Assembly (NCBI GenBank): GCA_963662285.2
Contig: CAXXMV010000002.1
Location: 160,001-224,000 of the forward strand
Source: a bacterium
GTDB lineage: Bacteria; Hinthialibacterota; Hinthialibacteria; Hinthialibacterales; Hinthialibacteraceae
DNA length: 64,000 nucleotides
Direction: 5' to 3'
Part shown: piece after piece, positions 60,672-64,000 of the stretch
Numbering within the stretch: position 1 is the stretch's first letter
How the letters are laid out: each line of letters opens with the position of its first letter
Translations under genes and position numbers: made by a program
The notes under the pieces: model-generated
The model's input: only the letters and a program-made list of their open reading frames with translations
Database searches by the model: none
Told to the model about the DNA's origin: nothing

Positions 60672-61796
60672 TCACGATTTCAATTTATCTGGATTTAATC
60701 CTTCTAATTCCGGTAAGATGAATAATCCATCTTTGCGGATCAAAACGTCATCAAAATAGATTTCTCCACCGCCATATTCCGGTCGTTGAATAAGAACCAG
60801 GTCCCAGTGCAAAGCTGATTTGTTGCCGTTTGAGGCGTCGTCGTAACAGCATCCCAGCGCCATGTGCAGCGATCCGGCGATTTTTTCGTCGAACAGCGTG
60901 TCATTCATCGGTTCGAGGATATATGGATTGTAGCCCAGCGCGAATTCTCCAAAATAAGAGGCGCCATCGTCGGAATTAATGACTTGTCGCAATTTTTCGG
61001 TATTGGCGCCGGAATCCATGTCGATAACCTGGCCGTCTTTGATGGTTAATTGAGCGTAATTATATTGAACACCCTCATGAACGGACGAGGCGTTGAAGCG
61101 TATGGTTCCATTAACAGATTTACGCACGGGCGCGGTGAAGCATTCGCCGTCGGGAATATTCATCTCGCCGGAACATGGGATTGCCGGAATATCTTTTATG
61201 GAAAAATGCAAATCGGTTCCCGGCGACGCGATGTGAACTTTATCCGTCTTATTCATCAGCTCTTTTAATGGTTGTACAGCATCGTCCATTTTTTTATAAT
61301 CCAGGCAGCAAACATCATAATAAAAGCGCTGAAATGACTCGGAGGATTGCTTGGCTAATTGGCACATAGAGGGGTTGGGATAGCGTAAGACGCACCATCT
61401 AGTGTTTTTCACCCGTTCTTCGATGTGCACCGGGCCGACAATGTATTTGTCGTACAATTCCAGTTGTTTTTTAGGGATATCGGATAATTCAAAGATATTG
61501 TCGCTGCCCCTGATTCCGATGAAGACCTGTGCTTGTTTCATTTCCAGCAAGAGAAATTCGCCTAACCTCTGGAAAGTTTGTTCGCTGCTTTCCATCAATA
61601 AACGGCGTGATGACTTATCGTCCTCAAAATATACATAAGGAACGCCGCCTGCTTTAATGGTTTCCGTCATCACTGCTTCAACCAAATCACGCGTATCAAA
61701 GCCTTTGCCATGAATAAATACCAAGTCTCCTTCAGAGACTTTTGTAGAGAAATTGACGATAGTATGGGCTAGTTTTTGGATTTGTTGATAAAACAT
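60672..61796 (-). CDS. aminopeptidase, M29 (AmpS/PepS) family
   Basis: NIPDGECFTAP, GEFALG, LFDEKI.GS.H.ALG, SALHWD. Confidence 0.93.
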   Translation of the reverse strand: MFYQQIQKLAHTIVNFSTKVSEGDLVFIHGKGFDTRDLVEAVMTETIKAGGVPYVYFEDDKSSRRLLMESSEQTFQRLGEFLLLEMKQAQVFIGIRGSDNIFELSDIPKKQLELYDKYIVGPVHIEERVKNTRWCVLRYPNPSMCQLAKQSSESFQRFYYDVCCLDYKKMDDAVQPLKELMNKTDKVHIASPGTDLHFSIKDIPAIPCSGEMNIPDGECFTAPVRKSVNGTIRFNASSVHEGVQYNYAQLTIKDGQVIDMDSGANTEKLRQVINSDDGASYFGEFALGYNPYILEPMNDTLFDEKIAGSLHMALGCCYDDASNGNKSALHWDLVLIQRPEYGGGEIYFDDVLIRKDGLFILPELEGLNPDKLKS

Positions 61797-61875
61797 GAGG
61801 GCTCCTTTAAATTCATTGATAAGAACTATTCTATAAGTGGTGGGTCTGGATATCTATGTTGGTGGTGTCTTGGGC

Positions 61876-62201
61876 GGGTGGCAAGGGAAGTGTATTTTCT
61901 GCCCTTGATTGAGTTCACCTCATTTATTTCTATAGTTTTTATCAACAATCCACATTGAAAGGAAAATCGAATTCAATTTTTTGTGCTTATAATTGGATTA
62001 TAAAGAATCAAGATTCATTTTGTTTTTCCAAGGTTTCCAGTCAAGGGCAGAAAGGACGCTGCCCTTGGCACCCTTATTGATCTATTCATAGCAATGAATT
62101 ATGACAAAACTTTTGGGTAAAGATCAGCACGGAGGGGGATGGAGAAGCGTAATTTATTGTATTCCAGGGAGGCTTGGGCGCCCCACAAGAAGCGCCCCTA
62201 C
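61876..62201. repeat. inverted family B doublet (61876-61908 and 62041-62073) plus a degenerate A (62176-62201)
   Basis: GGGTGGCAAGGGAAGTGTATTTTCTGCCCTTGA ... TCAAGGGCAGAAAGGACGCTGCCCTTGGCACCC. Confidence 0.8.
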
Positions 62202-62294
62202 TGATTTGGATTATGTGGATAAAACTTAAATCAATGGTGGATTAAACAGGTAGTAATTTATTCTTAACATGGATTATGGTACAATCCTATTACT

Positions 62295-62744
62295 ATGAAT
62301 GATGAATCTAAAAGAATAAAAGAAATGCTGCAAGCGCTTTCGTCTAAAGGAAAGGGTCCGGGTGGTGTTCAAACTCTTATTATGATGCTTGGCCAGGTTG
62401 ACCGGGATACGGAAAAAAACATTCTTGACGCGTTGGATAAGCAAAATCCATCTTTGGCCAGCGAACTACGTAAAAAATATTTTACTTTTGAAGATATTAT
62501 GCATATGGAGGATAGTGTACTATTGCGTGCGTTATCGGATGTGCATCGAACCACCTTGGCTTTGGCGCTAAAAGGAACGTCTTTCGAAATACAGGATAAG
62601 GTGTTTCATAATCTATCCAAAAGAGCGGCGGAAATGGTCAAAGATGAGATGGAGGTTATGGGTCCGAAACCCAAAACTCTGGTTGAAGAGGCGCAACGTG
62701 AAGTAACCAAAGAAATTCGCCGTTGGAAAGACGTTATTCTTTAA
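62295..62744 (+). CDS. stand-alone FliG C-terminal domain protein
   Basis: GGV...DR.TEK.IL..L...P.LA.E....FTFED...LALALKG...NLSKRAAEM..DE...GP....VEEAQ. Confidence 0.85.
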   Translation: MNDESKRIKEMLQALSSKGKGPGGVQTLIMMLGQVDRDTEKNILDALDKQNPSLASELRKKYFTFEDIMHMEDSVLLRALSDVHRTTLALALKGTSFEIQDKVFHNLSKRAAEMVKDEMEVMGPKPKTLVEEAQREVTKEIRRWKDVIL

Positions 62745-62757
62745 AGGAGAAATCAAC

Positions 62758-63777
62758 GTGGAGTCAGTATTAAAATCAATCGCAAAATCATCCAATTTAG
62801 AAAGAGTTTTATTTTCACCTGCGCTGAAGAAGTTATATTTCAATATGGCGATAGCTGCCGGGGGAGCAACCCAGTTTAAGCATGTTGACAGCGCCAGAAA
62901 TGGTCTTTCGTTTGCCGCGGACAAAGCGGATGACAAGAAGAGTACGCTTCTCTTCTGTTCAGCCCATGAATTGATGAGTGGATATGATTTGATGATTCAA
63001 ATCGCTGCTCAAATGCTGCCGGTAGTTGTGCTGGGCTTGCGCAGCGGCATTCCCGATACTGGTGAAGAAAACTGGTCGTATCTGCATTTACGTGAAACCG
63101 GGTGGATTCAGTTTCATACCCATACTCTGCAGGAAACCTATGATCACCTGGCAATGGCCTATCATGCGTTTGCTGTGCAAAAGATGCGTTTACCTATTCT
63201 GATTCTACATTCCAGCCTTAATCATGATTGTCTGGGTGAATTTACTCCACGGGATGACTTGGATATGGGGAATCCTTTGACGGGTCTTCAAAGCTCACGG
63301 GTGGGTAAGACAATGAGTTTTGAAGAAGCTTTTGCCAAGATGAAACATAAATCAGAGAAAGAAACCCTCCGTGGAAAATATATGCCATTGGTCGGCAATC
63401 TGCGTGAATTATATAAAGAACTAGATTATAAATTGCCGGAAGAAGGTTTCCCGTTTAAGGGCGCAATTACTGATAAAGAATCGGCAATAATTTCTATGAT
63501 TCCAACCGAGTCGCCTAGTGATGCGGATCGTATTTGCCGGATGCTCTGTTATCGTCCCTTTTCGGTGAGCAGTATGGCAAATTCGCTTAAAAACAAGAGA
63601 AAGATTGTGGTAGTTGAACCGCAACCTTCACCTGGTTCTGTTCCTGTTTTTCATGCGGAAATCATGGCGCAGTTAGGGAGTGAATATAACGGAGAAATTA
63701 TTTCTGTTGCATATCCCCCTCATGTTGCGAGCCTTACGACGGATCAATTGGATGAATTGGAGAGGAAGTTGGTTTGA
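62758..63777 (+). CDS. degenerate 2-oxoacid:ferredoxin oxidoreductase alpha-subunit-like protein
   Basis: RETGWIQ...QETYD....AY....LP, YRPF and IVVVE resemble PorA, but the N-terminal YPITP motif is missing. Confidence 0.55.
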   Translation: MESVLKSIAKSSNLERVLFSPALKKLYFNMAIAAGGATQFKHVDSARNGLSFAADKADDKKSTLLFCSAHELMSGYDLMIQIAAQMLPVVVLGLRSGIPDTGEENWSYLHLRETGWIQFHTHTLQETYDHLAMAYHAFAVQKMRLPILILHSSLNHDCLGEFTPRDDLDMGNPLTGLQSSRVGKTMSFEEAFAKMKHKSEKETLRGKYMPLVGNLRELYKELDYKLPEEGFPFKGAITDKESAIISMIPTESPSDADRICRMLCYRPFSVSSMANSLKNKRKIVVVEPQPSPGSVPVFHAEIMAQLGSEYNGEIISVAYPPHVASLTTDQLDELERKLV

Positions 63778-63790
63778 ATTGGTGGATTTT

Positions 63791-63874
63791 GGTGGGTCGG
63801 TGAAGCTGACCCACCCTACGCCTGAAGTGATCGCATCAAGGGCTGACCGCATTGCGGTCTTGCCCTTGCCACCC
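63791..63874. repeat. REP-like mosaic: C (63791-63819) plus B' (63836-63874)
   Basis: GGTGGGTC...GACCCACCCTAC; TCAAGGGCTGACCGCATTGCGGTCTTGCCCTTGCCACCC. Confidence 0.88.
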
Positions 63875-63922
63875 AGACTCTACAGATGAAATCGAGGATT
63901 TTTACTTCGACTATAAAAAACG

Positions 63923-64000
63923 TAGCCGGGGAGGGATTCGAACCCTCAAGCCGTTGTCGGCAAGGGATTTTAAGTCCCTCGTGTATACCGTTCCACCACC
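63923..64000 (-). tRNA. tRNA-Leu(TAA), 5' end cut off by the window edge
   Basis: AGGGA-CT-TAA-AA-TCCCT anticodon arm, variable arm, GGTTCGAATCC, A discriminator. Confidence 0.92.

Overview
Bacterial chromosome segment of moderate GC content. Several solitary type IV pilin-like genes and Tat-exported Gfo/Idh/MocA enzymes suggest a PVC-like or candidate-phylum organism, which is an inference. Housekeeping genes include dnaE, lpdA-lipB, leuS, purE, spoVG, murI, an ECF sigma/anti-sigma/RseB-like cluster, cdsA, uppS, miaA-hfq-hflX and four tRNAs. Carbohydrate genes include a GH29 fucosidase, three Gfo/Idh/MocA enzymes, an FGGY kinase, an SSF transporter and a NeuB-like synthase. There are two hicAB-type toxin-antitoxin (TA) loci and a PIN-domain two-gene module beside two tRNA-Ser genes. 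The most striking non-genic structure is a dense set of more than 30 short intergenic hairpin repeats in at least five families. They are stacked into mosaics, show compensatory base changes and nearly all point the same way. Some form inverted pairs (one encloses vanZ), they bracket both hicAB loci, and one is split by a TIR-bounded miniature element. No cognate transposase is in the window. Other oddities are an orphan FliG-C gene paired with a degenerate PFOR-alpha gene, a solitary BMC shell protein with a basic tail, a DnaA-box and NrdR-like-box cluster with no dnaA or nrd gene nearby, and an unannotated 31-aa basic ribosomal-type peptide. All family calls come from motif recognition by eye; no searches were run.
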